DNA of 63,972 bases, counting the filler, from Octopus bimaculoides (lineage: Eukaryota): assembly GCF_001194135.2 (NCBI RefSeq). It is 5 parts of 5 records of this genome, joined end to end, with 100 filler letters (N's around TTAATTAATTAA, not from the genome) between each part and the next. Parts side by side here need not be neighbours in the genome. Positions count along the whole stretch, not along the records: positions 41,951 to 60,005 come from NC_068984.1; positions 60,106 to 63,972 come from NC_068989.1; 3 more parts are not named here. One strand, 5' to 3'. A program made the position numbers and the translations under genes. Each line of letters starts with the position of its first letter. Position 1 is the stretch's first letter. This document shows positions 48,506 to 61,925 of this stretch, in pieces. Under the pieces are notes generated by a model. It was not told the origin of the DNA. It searched no databases and saw nothing but the letters and a program-made list of their open reading frames with translations.

Positions 48506-48569
48506 CCGTGTGTGTGTGTATATACACACGCACAGGCACACACATTCACGGACACATACGCATATAGTC

Positions 48570-48773
48570 TTATATAAGACTAGCAATATATTTTGAGGGG
48601 AGGGTGAAGCGATTGCTTCGACCCCAGTGATCAACCGGTACTTACTTTATCGGTCCCTAAAGGATGAAAGGAAAAAAGGGACCCCGGTGACATTTGAACT
48701 CAGAAAGCAAAGAACCAAAAAAATGCAATTAAGCATTCTTTTCTAATGTGCTAACGATTTTCTCAGTTCACCG
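48570..48773 (-). mobile_element. SINE family A, diverged
   Basis: Motif match on the minus strand. Confidence 0.75.
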
Positions 48774-49274
48774 CATAGTATTATGATGAGTGTGTTTATG
48801 TGTGTGTGTGTGTGTGTGTGTGTACAAACACAAAGGAAGGGAGGAAGATGATGGCGTCACTTAGTTTTTAAAGACACGAGTACAGACACGAGTACAGCGA
48901 AATGTAAGCATTAATTGCGTCCGATTATTTAATCGTTAACGAGTCCAACTCTGTATGACTACAGAGGTAATTTTCTTCTCGTTTCAACGAAGTAAGTTTA
49001 ACCACAAAACTATGATTAATATAATGGATATATTGACAGTATTAATAAAGTAAGCAAATTAATGCTACTATTAAGATATATTCGAAAAAGAAAACTGCTT
49101 TAATTTTAATATTCTTCATCATACAACGTTATTAAGACTTGCTGTTAATATCTACTTGATTATATTCATTCCAAGATCTTTTGTGTTTGGCAAACTTAAA
49201 ATGATTTTCATCAAAGTCTCCATCGAGAATTACGTAAGCTGAACTTGTCTTTCCGATCGTTCGTTGTAGAACCT

Positions 49275-49380
49275 TGATAAATTCCAAATCAAAAGTGGGA
49301 CCCTGATAAGATCTATGTTGAATGAAGGGATGGAGATAGAAATATAAGCCCGTTCTTTTAAGTGCCGCATCGTGTCACTT
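49275..49380 (+). repeat. Perfect 106-bp inverted copy of 48231-48336
   Basis: Base-by-base comparison shows 106/106 identity to the reverse complement. Confidence 0.95.
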
Positions 49381-49532
49381 CCGTGTAGAAAAATTTCGTG
49401 TACCTGACTGACCATTAATAGAATATATTTTTACTCACTTCGCTTTTTAAATCACACCATTCCTTGTATTGTAAATGAATTTATATTATTTAAAGGTTCT
49501 TGTCTGTAATGGTATGCACTTCTGTTGCATTA

Positions 49533-50036
49533 TTGATACTGCCAATAATTACATTAAGCAAATTTTTAATTGTCATATTCAGACCTCGATCATTTAAACA
49601 TAGATAAAATAATTTCCACTTTTGTGTAATTAAATGAAAACAATGCTTAATCAGCAGTACACTCTTGATGTTAAATTAATTAATGCCTTCTCCAATATAA
49701 ACACTATCCACAGAGGCAATTTAAGAGTGAAATGTGGTTTATGACCAAATGGAAATGGACAGGTCTGTGGACTGCAGATACCTTGGTGTATTAACTTACC
49801 TATCTTCATGTTCTCATTCAATCAATTACAGTTATTTTCTTATAAACAATAAGATAAGAGGCGATTTACCTGTGATAAAATCATTTTGTTTTGTTTTGTT
49901 TTATATAATTAATTACTGGGATCTCGAATTTCTCTTGTAAATATTTGATACTGCTAATAATTACATTAAGCAAATTTTCAATTGTCATATTCAGACCTCG
50001 ATCATTTAAACATAGATAAAATAATTTCCACTTTTG
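49533..50036. repeat. 92-bp direct repeat pair (49533-49624 and 49945-50036)
   Basis: Two mismatches between copies; offset 412 bp. Confidence 0.9.
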
Positions 50037-50039
50037 AAA

Positions 50040-50240
50040 TTAATGCGCAAGTGAGTGGCTGAGCATTTCACAGACACGCGTACCTTTAACGTAGTTCTCA
50101 GGAAGAATCGGTGTGATACAGAATGTCACCAGGCCGGCCCTTTCAATTACAGGTACAACTCATCTCTGCCACCTGAATCGACTGAAGCACCGTGAAATAA
50201 AGAGTCTTACTGAAGATCACAAACCACTAAGCCATGCCCC
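50040..50240 (-). mobile_element. SINE family C, diverged
   Basis: Homologous to 3840-4080. Confidence 0.75.
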
Positions 50241-50793
50241 TTCACTATGGTCACGCGCCTTCACTATTCTATATAGGGTACTAAGCAACTAAAACATCAG
50301 ATGGGCCCTACTATTTTTTAATTGTAACATTCTTTATAAAATCTAGAGTTAGCTATATTCAATATGTTTCTGTTTTTTTTTAGTGATCACATTATCTTTT
50401 ACAAAACCAAGATCGCATCTCGTCAACCTGACGTTCCCCTTCAAAACCACAACATAATTCATTTTGAAACAGCTGCTGAATCTATAAAATAAATACGTGA
50501 TAGGCCTCTTCTCTAGAATAAAACGCACACATCTGGAACTACGCACCGATTACGTGTCTGCAGATTTCATACCGTTTCTCTCCTTGACAATATTTCACTC
50601 TTCAACGCCTTTCTAAGTACTAAATCCATACATCTCTTCCACTGTTACCACAGTAATGTCCATGATCGGAGTAAAGCAGCTACCTCGCCTAAATACATTT
50701 CATTCACTGGTCTCGCTCTTTTACATAATATCTGCCAATCTTTCAGACGAACACCCTCGTAAACACGCACATACACACACATACACACACACA

Positions 50794-50833
<40 letters not shown>

Positions 50834-51279
50834 GTGTCTCTCTATCTCTCTCCATACTTCTTTTGACTCTCTCTCCCTCTATGTTCTGTCTCTCTGCTTC
50901 GCTGTCTCTCTTAGACAATGTTTATACTCTCGTTCTTTCTGCCTCAAACTCGCTCGCTCTCCACACCTCACATCCTCGTTCAATCAGCCGCTCGGCGTCT
51001 CTTACTCTCCCCTTTCTCCCAAATACTCTCCTACAGACCAGTCACTGCTACATTTATTCAACCATATCAGCAACCATCAATGAATTCTTCTCTCCACATG
51101 AAAATATCTCCTTCCCTTACTCTCCTTATCGATTCCTGTTACTCTGTCTGAGAGAGAAGAGATAAAGGAAGGGCGTTTCTGACTCTTTCTCTCTCTCTCC
51201 CTCTCCCTCTCTTTCTCTCATTCTCTATCTCTCTCCCCTACATTTTCTTTCCAAACAAATTCATTCATTACCAATCCAC

Positions 51280-51821
51280 CACCACCACCACCATCACCAT
51301 CATCACCCTCCCCACCACCACAACAGCCACCACCCTCTCCTTCACCCTCGCCCTCACCCATCTACAATCCACAAATACCACCGCCTCCGCTATCAACATC
51401 ATTACGACTACCACCACCACCACCACCACCACATCCACCTCCTCATCTACAACTATTTTTCGCCTCCACCACCACCACCTCCACCACTACCTTACCCAAA
51501 CAACAATCGCCATCACCATCACCACCGCCACCGCCATCATGCACACAAACATACCACATAATTGTTCATTCCCTCCACGTCACATTGTGTCCCCTTCCTC
51601 TCCTTCACCCCAACCACACCCATCGCATACTCTTATGCCTTACCCTCCATATTCATTAGAGTGCTGCTCCTACTACCACCACCACCACCACCACCACCAC
51701 CACTACTGCTGCTATTGCTTGTATGGCTATTGGTGGTGGTGGAACTGTTGTTCCTTCTGATGTTATTGGTGCTGCTGTTGCCATTTTTTTGGAAGGGGTG
51801 GGGGTGCGTGATATTGTTGCT

Positions 51822-51852
<31 letters not shown>

Positions 51853-52056
51853 ATGATGATGCCGACGTTTCTGCTGCTGTAGTCTCTGTAGCTGACATTA
51901 CTGCTGTAGCAGCAACAACATACAACACTACCACCACTACTATTACTACTACTACTACCATCATTACTTTGACCACCACCACCATCCCTACTACTACTGC
52001 TACTACTAATATTACTACCATTACTACTACTACAACTATTATTACTGCTGCTGCTG

Positions 52057-52121
<65 letters not shown>

Positions 52122-52125
52122 GTTG
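51280..52125. repeat. Mosaic trinucleotide low-complexity region (CCA, TAC, TGC, TGA)
   Basis: Read directly; source of the poly-T/S/V/H ORFs. Confidence 0.9.
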
Positions 52126-52194
52126 ATTTCTTCGTATATTGCTGTCGTAGCCATTCTGCTGCCGATTTATTTTTTTAAAAGCCAAATCAATCTT

Positions 52195-52382
52195 GATCGA
52201 ACAGCCTTTACAATCAGACACATTCTTTACATGACCATCCTGTCTTTGGGACGGCGAAGAATTATCTAAAAGCGCATTATCTGATATATGACCTTCCCTT
52301 TTCTTAAGAAGGTGAAGTATGATTTAAAGGAGGTTTGGCTGCTATTTCTGGTGGGTCGACTGATGACGTAAAGGCGCTATCT
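52195..52382 (-). mobile_element. Old SINE-like repeat, family D (fragment)
   Basis: GATTTAAAGGAGGTTTGGCTGCTATTTCT motif, related to 43500-43595, 54150-54245 and 61370-61490. Confidence 0.45.
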
Positions 52383-52443
52383 TTAGTTCGGTTCATTCCG
52401 TTGATGGCCTTATTGATGTTCTTGTTAAAATTGCTGCTGAGAC

Positions 52444-52534
<91 letters not shown>

Positions 52535-52911
52535 GACTATATGTATGTAGATATATGTGTGTGATTATGCATGTATGTAAATAGGTGTTATATGTATATC
52601 TATTTGGACTTATGTGTATGTATATGTATACGTACATAGGGATTATATATGTATTTCGGGGCATATGTATGCATGCATATATATATACATGCATACATAC
52701 ATACACATACACACTAAGGTGAAAGAGAGAGAGAGAGAGAGACTGAGAAAGAGAGCGAAAAGGAGAGACGTGAGGATGGAAATGAATATATTCCAACACA
52801 CAAAAACAAGTATACGCAAGCACAAAGATACACACACACAAACATACACACACACACTCTACACCAGCACCATCTTTGCCATCTCCACCCCCACCCTACC
52901 AACACTATTTT

Positions 52912-53240
52912 TATTAGTTCATCCGTCGTTGATGACGGTGTCCTAAAACATCACACGGCACAGGAAAACACGGTGTGTCCAGCTATGGCCGATCACTCCG
53001 ATGCGCGCTCGGAGGGCTCTGCCACGGATCAGCCCCTGGTAGTTTGTCTGGACTGAAGACAAGGAGCTGGGTCTGGACTTGCATAGTTCGTGCTTTCTTT
53101 GTGACCCTGCAATATATTTTTATTCTTTAGAAATTGTACCTCCGCTGGTGCAGCTTCGCCTGGCGGAGCAGTTTTCTGCTTGCGTTTCCCAGGTATCAGA
53201 GTTGATCTCAAAGCTATCCAGACCATCATCAGTGGGTTGA
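52912..53240 (-). mobile_element. RTE-clade LINE 3' end (C-terminus plus short 3' UTR)
   Basis: Minus strand SFEINSDTWETQAENCSARRSC...QRKHELCKSR...GRALRARIGVIGHSWTH matches the RTE C-terminus (INPDTWE.LA.DR..WR...C..CGR.FRARIGL.SH.RTH). Confidence 0.85.
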
Positions 53241-53468
53241 TAGAAGAGATTAATGTAACACAATGGACAACATTATTCCGGGTATTAATGCTAACTCTTT
53301 GATCTGAGTTCAAATCCAGCTGAAATCAAATTTGCTTTTTGTGTTGACGAGGTTGATAAAATAAAGTACCTGTCATATATGTAGGTCGATGTAATTGACT
53401 AAGGCTTCCACCAAACGCGAGACCTTAGTTCCATGTTAGAAGCCAATGAACATGACAACAATATCATC

Positions 53469-53496
53469 AACCCTAACCCTAACCCTAACCCTAACC
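53469..53496. repeat. Short interstitial (AACCCT)4.7 telomere-type tract
   Basis: AACCCTAACCCTAACCCTAACCCTAACC. Confidence 0.85.
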
Positions 53497-54469
53497 AGAT
53501 ACCAACACCATCACAATGGTAAGGAGATACGAAACCCAAGTAACGAGGGCAGGGCTGAATAAAGATCCATACTGGCCCTAATCACTTTAAAGATTTTGGT
53601 ACCTCCATATATATGTAATTTAAAACATAAATACTAATAAACCTCAAGATAAATTTTATTCTTCCAAATGAAACAAACGTAACAGTAAGTGGAAAATGTC
53701 TATTTTTGTATGTTCCCACTTTATTTATGTTTGTAAAGTTTGAAATGGTTTCTTCCTTTTATTTATAATTGCAAAGACTCTGATCATATCCTCACTATGA
53801 CACCATGAATACTTCGAAATTATATTTTTCCTCATATAAACCACGTTGAATATTATTTTACCAAGTTTAAAAAGATTTACATTTGTGCCGTGAACCATTT
53901 ACCAGTTCTCTGGTGTCCCCATCCGTTGATGCTCTATACACGTGCTTTTTTTCTGATTAATGATTAACCCATCAGATCACACATTACAGGGTACTTCCGG
54001 TTACACAAGTCCTGGAATGGATGTGGCATGACTAGGTTAGAATAACTGCGACCATAGCCCTGCTCGTTCAGAGTCGACTTGGGTTAAACGGCTACAATAC
54101 CAGCAACATTACTATCATGAGGCAACGAAGAAGCCCCTTTGCAGTTCCTCAATATGCCAGAAACAGCAGTAAAATAGCCCTTAATTCAAACTCAGCCAGC
54201 TTGAGAAGAGATAGACACAACCGATAATGTAGTCCACGATATAGCATATGAATATAACTAAATAAAACACAAGCTGCTCATAACAAAATCAGTGTTGGTC
54301 TTCATTGGTCCTCAGTTTGGTTAACAGGTTAACCGCACATTTTCAAGATTCCGGCTTCTCTCCCGCTGTCCAAACATCTGGTCAATTGTCTTCAGCCAAA
54401 GCAGCTGTTCTTTCAAAACGTGGTGAGTTCAATTTGGTAAACAGAAACTATGAGGAGAATCAGCAGAGA

Positions 54470-54624
54470 CACAGTTCTGTGAGAAATTTGCTTCGCAACC
54501 TCATGGTTTCGGGTTCAATCTCACTACGGAGCACATTTGGCAAGTGTCTTCTACAATAGCACTGGGCCGACCAAAGCCTTGTAAGTGGATTTGAGAGACG
54601 GAAACTGAAAGAAGCACACCGTGT

Positions 54625-54663
<39 letters not shown>

Positions 54664-54918
54664 GAGAGAGAAAGAGAGAGATATGTGTATGTATGTATAT
54701 ATGCATATATATATGTGTGTGTTTGTGTCTGTATTGTCCCCCACCACCGCTTTGCAAGCGGTGCTGGTGTGTTTACGTCTCCGTAACTTAGCGGTTCGGC
54801 AAAAGAACCCGATAGAATAAGTCCAGGGGGTCGATTCATTCAACTATAATTCTTCAAGGCAGTGCTCCAGAATAGGCTCAGTCTAAGCAGTCTAATGACT
54901 GAAACTAATAAAAGATAA
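54470..54918 (+). mobile_element. SINE family B, near full length
   Basis: Head, internal (TA)/(GA) microsatellite and tail all present. Confidence 0.85.
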
Positions 54919-55414
54919 TAGGTCACTCGATTTAACACCGACACCTAGAGAGAGAGACCTTGGCTGCCTTTTTTTTTTCCGAAACCGACATGAATTCGAA
55001 CAAAAGGTGACTTACTTCCAACACCAGTCCACTAAGACTTGCAATAAAGTCACGGATGAATAATGCGCTTCTTCCTTTTCCAAGCCACAAAAACAAGGAT
55101 GACTTGGCACTAAATAACAACAACTATACTAACAACAACATCACCAAAAACAAAATAATCTTTCTATATCGCACACACACATATCACACTTAATTACTTC
55201 ACAATAGCGCATGAATAAAATACTATGGTGCACTACATTGCACAACAGTACGCTAATTCACAACACACCGCATTGCACGACACCACACAGCTCAACATTA
55301 AACTACAACCATACCACACTACAATGCAACAACTTATACTACAACAATTCCTGCCGTATTACCCTACATTATGTCATGAGCCACACCTACGCATTACTAT
55401 TACCACGCTACAGT

Positions 55415-55785
55415 GAAGGACCGCGGCTCAGTGGTTAGGGTTTTCGGCTCAAGATAGTAAGGTCATCAGTTCGATATCCAGCGGTGCGTTATCACCTTTA
55501 TCAAGACATTTTATTTCACGTTGTTGCAGTCCAGTCAGCTGGTAAAAGAGTGTAGTATCTGTATTTCAAAGGGTCAGTCCTTTCAGATTCGGTGTCATCC
55601 TGAAAAACATATCGAATATTGTTAGCTTTAGTGCAGTGGTTCCCAACCTGTGGTCCGCAAAAGTGATACTAGAGGTCCGTGGACTAAATTCGAAAATAAA
55701 CGTTAATTTCAAGAGCAGGCTGTTCCGTTCCTCGGATCAATTGGAACAGTCGTCGTCGTAACCGGCGGAGAGCCAAGGCCACACT
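55415..55785 (+). mobile_element. SINE family C, interrupted by a hAT-MITE fragment
   Basis: Head GGCTCAGTGGTTAGGG...AGTTCGATATCC; tail GTTAATTTCAAGAGCAGGCTGTTCCGTT homologous to 3818-3860. Confidence 0.7.
55634..55700 (+). mobile_element. hAT-type MITE 5' end fragment
   Basis: Begins CAGTGGTTCCCAACCTGTGGTCCGC. Confidence 0.6.
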
Positions 55786-57499
55786 ACGATACAACACTCT
55801 AGACTTTCATAGACCATAGAAAACTAGCCACAAAATCACTACCCAAATCAAACTTCGCCCCTCTAACTGTTACACAAAACCAAGCCTCAAAACACTACAC
55901 CACTCCACGAGATAACACAAGACACCACGTTCCAACAAGGAAGCCATTTTTGTAGTTGCTGTATCTGCTAGATATAGGTGCAGAAACCCCTAAAATCACA
56001 CGCTGTCAACTTTCAAAGGGAAGGATACCTTAGCAGTTATATTCTTAAAACTAAAACTAGACACGATGGTCAGAAATAGAAGGTCTGTGTTCAGGAATTT
56101 GCTGCAGCAGTGTCGACAATCAGAAATAAGTGAACCGTACAAAAAAAAAACCTTGCTACAACTGCAGACAACCAACAGTAATTCCTTCATCAAATTCCAT
56201 CTCCTGCAAACCACCAACCCCTACACACACACGCACGCACACATGCACACTCACTCATATACGCACACAAACTGCTCTTTCAGATATTTTGTCCTCTCAG
56301 ATTCAAAACCTCCTCAATCTCCAAACCCAACCACTCCACTCCAAACAAATTTCATCTCACCTCCATTACCCACACACACAACACCCACGCCGATTCATTT
56401 AATTGATGTGTTTCCACTGATTTTGTTGTTGTTATTGTCATTGATGTTTTTGTTGTTCTTCTTTGTATACTACACTTCACCTGATTATCCATATATCTGG
56501 GAAATATATGATACATACGCAGGCACACATGCATACACATGCATACATATATAGAAAGATAGATACATACATACATACATACATGTAAACATACATACGT
56601 GTGTGCGTGCGTTCCTGTATCTCTCAGTGCAAGTGTGTGTATATATATATGATATATATAATATATATATATACATATACATATATATATATACGTGTAT
56701 ATATATATATATATATATNNNNNNNNNNATATATACATATATATGTGTGTGTGTATATATATATATATATATAGATATATATATATACATATATATGTTG
56801 TGTGTGTATAACGTCATGTACCCCGATATGTATCTATATGTACATGTAGATGAAGGCATGTACACACATGTACATATACTCATATATTGTGTATATATAT
56901 ATACATATATATATACGTGTATATATATATATGTGTGTGTGTGTATAAATGTATGTATGTGTGTAAAATAGATAGAAAGATAGTTATACAAAGTACTCCT
57001 CGTTAGCGTGATTACCGAACACGAATGTAAACGTACAAAACATGCACATATCAAAGCTAAAACACAAATGCACCCAAACGAATGCATGCAGAATAACTTG
57101 CATTTTCTCAATAAATAATCACAAACGCCTGCATTTAGTGGAGCGTGCACATGTATATTCCGTGTGAGTGTGTGTGTGAATCTTTCTATCTCTATCTATT
57201 TATCTATCTATCTATTTTTCTCTCTCCCTCACTCAACTATACGTATAGACGCATCCTAATAAATCTACAGAGACGCAAACAAGCATTAGTCGAACTCGAA
57301 CAGATGATAAGCCACACTATCATCGAGCGAGTGTCTCTCAGTCGTTTCCCTAGTCAGCTATTCCTCGCGCCACATACACTCGTCCGCTGTGGTGGATGGA
57401 GTCACGCCGCCATTGCAACGTCATATTCGTGGTAAAAGTTTAGTTTTCTGAAAACACGATTTAATACAAACTCGTATATCACTTCAGATATATTCCTGC

Positions 57500-57507
57500 A
57501 TATCTAC

Positions 57508-57547
<40 letters not shown>

Positions 57548-57892
57548 TTATCTCTGTACATTCATGTACAAAAACACACGCGCACGTAAGCACACACAAA
57601 AATACACACACACACGCAAAGGTAAATACATACGTACGCTAAACTATCACTTTCTCTTTCATTTTCGTTCTCTCTATATATCTCTGTTTGTACTTTTGCC
57701 TCTGTGTGTACGCAGGCATATATATATATTTATTTATTATATACATATATGTATGGATGCGTGTGTGTTTGTATGTATACATATATATGTATATGTGTAT
57801 ATATATGTATATATATATGTATATATATATATGTGCATATATCTGTGTATATATATATTTATATATACATATTATGACAACTTACTGATTGT

Positions 57893-57934
<42 letters not shown>

Positions 57935-57995
57935 TGTGTATTACAGAGGTGGATAACAATATCGCAATAGATAAATATATACACCTGCCTAACTA

Positions 57996-58030
<35 letters not shown>

Positions 58031-58102
58031 TACACATATGTATAATATATATATGTATAGATGGATGTATACATACGTATTTATGTATCTCTCCCCTTCT
58101 TC

Positions 58103-58140
<38 letters not shown>

Positions 58141-58175
58141 ATATTTATATGTATATATGTATCTATCTATCTATC

Positions 58176-58209
<34 letters not shown>

Positions 58210-58330
58210 CATATATGGGTGTGTAACCGCATATGCATATATCCATGGATATGTGTGTGTGTCAGTGTGCAGATACATTTGCACATGCATGCATAAATAC
58301 ATACATGCTTATTTATAAAAGCACATGAGT
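57500..58330. repeat. Compound (TA)n/(TATC)n/(TC)n microsatellite block
   Basis: Read directly from the sequence. Confidence 0.9.
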
Positions 58331-58564
58331 GTTTGTGGGTGTACATTGAAATATAAAGATAGACAGAACGGTAGCTGTATATACATAAAAGCAATGTTGT
58401 CTTTTACAGTCAGTTATGGTACGAATTGATATCTATTACTGCCGATCACTAAAATCGATCGAAATAGTTCCACTCTTATATACATACAGACACACACACA
58501 CACACATATATATAGATAGATATCTCTGAGTGGAATTATATATATAAATAGGTTAGATGCAGGG

Positions 58565-58600
<36 letters not shown>

Positions 58601-58918
58601 NNNNNNNNNNNNNNNNNNNNNNNNNNNNNNNNNNNNNNNNNNNNNNNNNNNNNNNNNNNNNNNNNNNNNNNNNNNNNNNNNNNNNNNNNNNNNNNNNNNN
58701 NNNNNNNNNNNNNNNNNNNNNNNNNNNNNNNNNNNNNNNNNNNNNNNNNNNNNNNNNNNNNNNNNNNNNNNNNNNNNNNNNNNNNNNNNNNNNNNNNNNN
58801 NNNNNNNNNNNNNNNNNNNNNNNNNNNNNNNNNNNNNNNNNNNNNNNNNNNNNNNNNNNNNNNNNNNNNNNNNNNNNNNNNNNNNNNNNNNNNNNNNNNN
58901 NNNNNNNNNNNNNNNNNN

Positions 58919-58965
<47 letters not shown>

Positions 58966-59941
58966 TATATATATACATATATATATTGCATATTATATAT
59001 ATGATATATATATACATATGCACAATGCATCTATACATACACATATATACGTGTATGGCGTATGAGTGTGTATGAGCGTGCACGCGTGTATGTAGTTGTG
59101 GGATGTGTGTATGTGTGTAAATATATATACACCCATTGCTTACTCACAGTTTTGTGTTTACCACACGTCACATTCATTCATATACTCAAATAACTCGCTT
59201 TCTCTGTCTTCCTCCTTCGCCTCCATTCAACATTTAATTCTCGTCTTCGTTTGCTTTTTCTTCATTTATTTTCTTGTTGTTTGTGTGCATTTTGCTTGCT
59301 TTTTTCTTTTCTTTTTATTATTCTTTCTTTAATTTTTCTCCCTCTTTTTCCTTTCCATTCCTTTAACAGATTCTCAATCATTTGAGGAATTTACTTCACC
59401 AGGCAACAAACGGTCCTGGCACTTCGTTGTTGGCTGCCATCTTGAGTGGTCTTTCACAGTTTTCCGTTAGCACAGAGAAATTAGGATTAATTCGATGTAT
59501 AATATACATGCATACACACACACACAAACACACACACCACTCAAACACACACACACACACAAACACACACACCACTCAAACACACACACACACACATATA
59601 TTTATTTAAGTACATTTGCGTTATGTACCTACAAACACACATCCCCACACCTTTGCATACAATCATAAATACATATACACACATAAATATATGCCTGCCA
59701 ACAAACGTAGAAATGCACAAATATATTCATGAATGTGTGGGTGTAAAGGTTGTGTGTTCTATATGCACACATACATACACACACACACACACACCATACA
59801 CACACGTATACACACACACACACACAAACACACACACTCACACCGATAGGCACAGTCACACACATAAATGTATAAATATTTATACCAGTGTATATCAGTA
59901 CGTATATTAACAAATGTATACATATGTTATATGAATGTATG

Positions 59942-60005
<64 letters not shown>

Positions 60006-60049
60006 NNNNNNNNNNNNNNNNNNNNNNNNNNNNNNNNNNNNNNNNNNNN

Positions 60050-60061
60050 TTAATTAATTAA
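60050..60061. other. Artificial TTAATTAATTAA spacer in an N pad
   Basis: Same construct as 13349. Confidence 0.9.
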
Positions 60062-60404
60062 NNNNNNNNNNNNNNNNNNNNNNNNNNNNNNNNNNNNNNN
60101 NNNNNATATGCGTCACTAAAGTGACAGAAGGTACTAGTCGCCACCAGTATTGCTAGAAATAAGAGTTAAAACAACTCATAGACACATTTACTATTTAGAA
60201 AATCTGCGTATAATTTCTATGATAATCTTATAAACTGACAAGGCGAGTTGCGTTTAACCGAAAGCGCGAGGGAAGAGCCACTAAAAAGCATTAATATAAA
60301 TGCGCAGTCACTGTGGTCTAACTATTCCTAGACGCTGATGGAGCTTAGCTCAATTATCAGTCATTAAGATAAGGTGCTTCTTGTGACGTATATATTTTTG
60401 CATG

Positions 60405-60438
<34 letters not shown>

Positions 60439-61339
60439 TATGTGTATATAAATATATATATATATATATACATTTGTTTGTTATATAAAGGCAATGAATT
60501 TCGGTCAAAATTGGTTTTATGACTCATATTTGTAAACTGTACGCATTGAGGCACCAGGCATAATCTTACACCTAACTATATTTGAAAAAATCACGAAGAT
60601 GTTCATAAGAACTGTTGTGAAACATGTTTTCAACTAAGTTCTGAAGTTTTCTAAAGTATCGACTTTTATACTCAGCAAAATATTTCCTCACAAACATTCA
60701 ATATGTAACGAGGTTATATTACTTTTACATTCCAAAGTTGGCTATCCAAAAAACTTTCTTTTACCAATCACAGATGTACAGATGTTACAAAAACTTTCAC
60801 AATTGAAGTTCTAGACTTAATTATCATAATTCTGATTTTAACATTTCAACTAAAACTTTATCACCTGTTTTATTTCAATGAACATTTTCCTTCAGTTGAC
60901 TCAGATGTTTGGTTTCTCAAATAAACAGTATTACTCTACGACATAATCACAAGCAATCGACCCAGTGGAAATAGAAGCTAAATCTGTCTCAAGTTACAAC
61001 CTAATTTCCTATAAAGAAAAAGGCACCTTGGATAATATACTTCACAATATAGTGTACCCGAAATTAAAACAATATAACTACGTCTGTGATGTCTTGTCTC
61101 ATAATCGTTTCTGATTTCGGTGCAAGGCCAGTAATTTTGAAAATCGGGGTAGTCGATACCATTGACCCAATACATAAATGTTACTTTGTTCTATCGATCC
61201 CGGAGTCATGAAAAGCGAAGTTAACCTCTGCGAGATTAGAACTTAGAATTTAAAGAACCGGTAAACTACCGTAATGTAATTTTCTGACGCTTCAATGATT
61301 CTGATCAAGTTTGTTGTAGGCTAAACAATTACAGCATCC

Positions 61340-61925
61340 CTACCAACTTGCAAGGGATCTCTATCTGTTCACTACAAGAAATAGCAGTCAGACAATTTAA
61401 AATTACACCCTACTATCTTCTAAAAGGACGAAAATTTTGGCCAATGTAGTTCTAGATTCCTATTCAGATAATATAGTGCTAAAATCCTCTAAAAATAAGT
61501 ATACACAAGAGCACTCAGAGAACGCAAACTTCCTCTCAACGATTAGCCGGTGATGATTTTTAAAATGGGAACATCTGAAATAAACTCGACTGTTCTCACA
61601 AACAATAATACTAAAAATGAACCCGACCGCTCTCAAAAATTAAGTAAAAAAAACAAAAAGAACAATCCAGAATCCTTGTCCAGTACCGGATCGATACCAA
61701 AATCTAATCAGCTCGTGCCAGGCACGAAGTCAAACATCCCTGAAAATTTCATCCGAATCCATCCAGCGGTTCTTCAGATACATTGTCCACGGACAAACAA
61801 ACAAACATGACTAAAAACAATACCTTAGCGAAGGCGGAGGTAATAATAACTGGATGATTATGGCCGGAGCACCTTTGATTTTTGGTCTACTAGATCAGGT
61901 CTAACTTTAGGCTAAACAACAACAG
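61340..61925 (+). mobile_element. Family D SINE-like repeat with (AAC)n-type tail, split by HINE copy C
   Basis: AAGAAATAGCAG...ACACCCTAC body before 61505; GGCCGGAGCACCTTTGAT...GGCTAAACAACAAC tail after 61846. Tail homologues at ~1740-1800 and ~54055-54110. Confidence 0.5.
61505..61846 (-). mobile_element. HINE/DINE-like element, copy C
   Basis: Reverse-complement homologue of 28459-28831; begins TTATTACCTCCGCC and ends GAGTGCTCTTGT. Confidence 0.75.

Noticed and set aside
49533-50036. TRIM or mini-LTR element
   Set aside because: Homology extends past the TG...CA boundaries, and no PBS, PPT or TSD is visible.
57300-57440. CpG-richer patch with minus-strand ATGGCGGCG as a gene start
   Set aside because: The frame closes at once (M-A-A-stop) and there is no supporting donor or promoter evidence.
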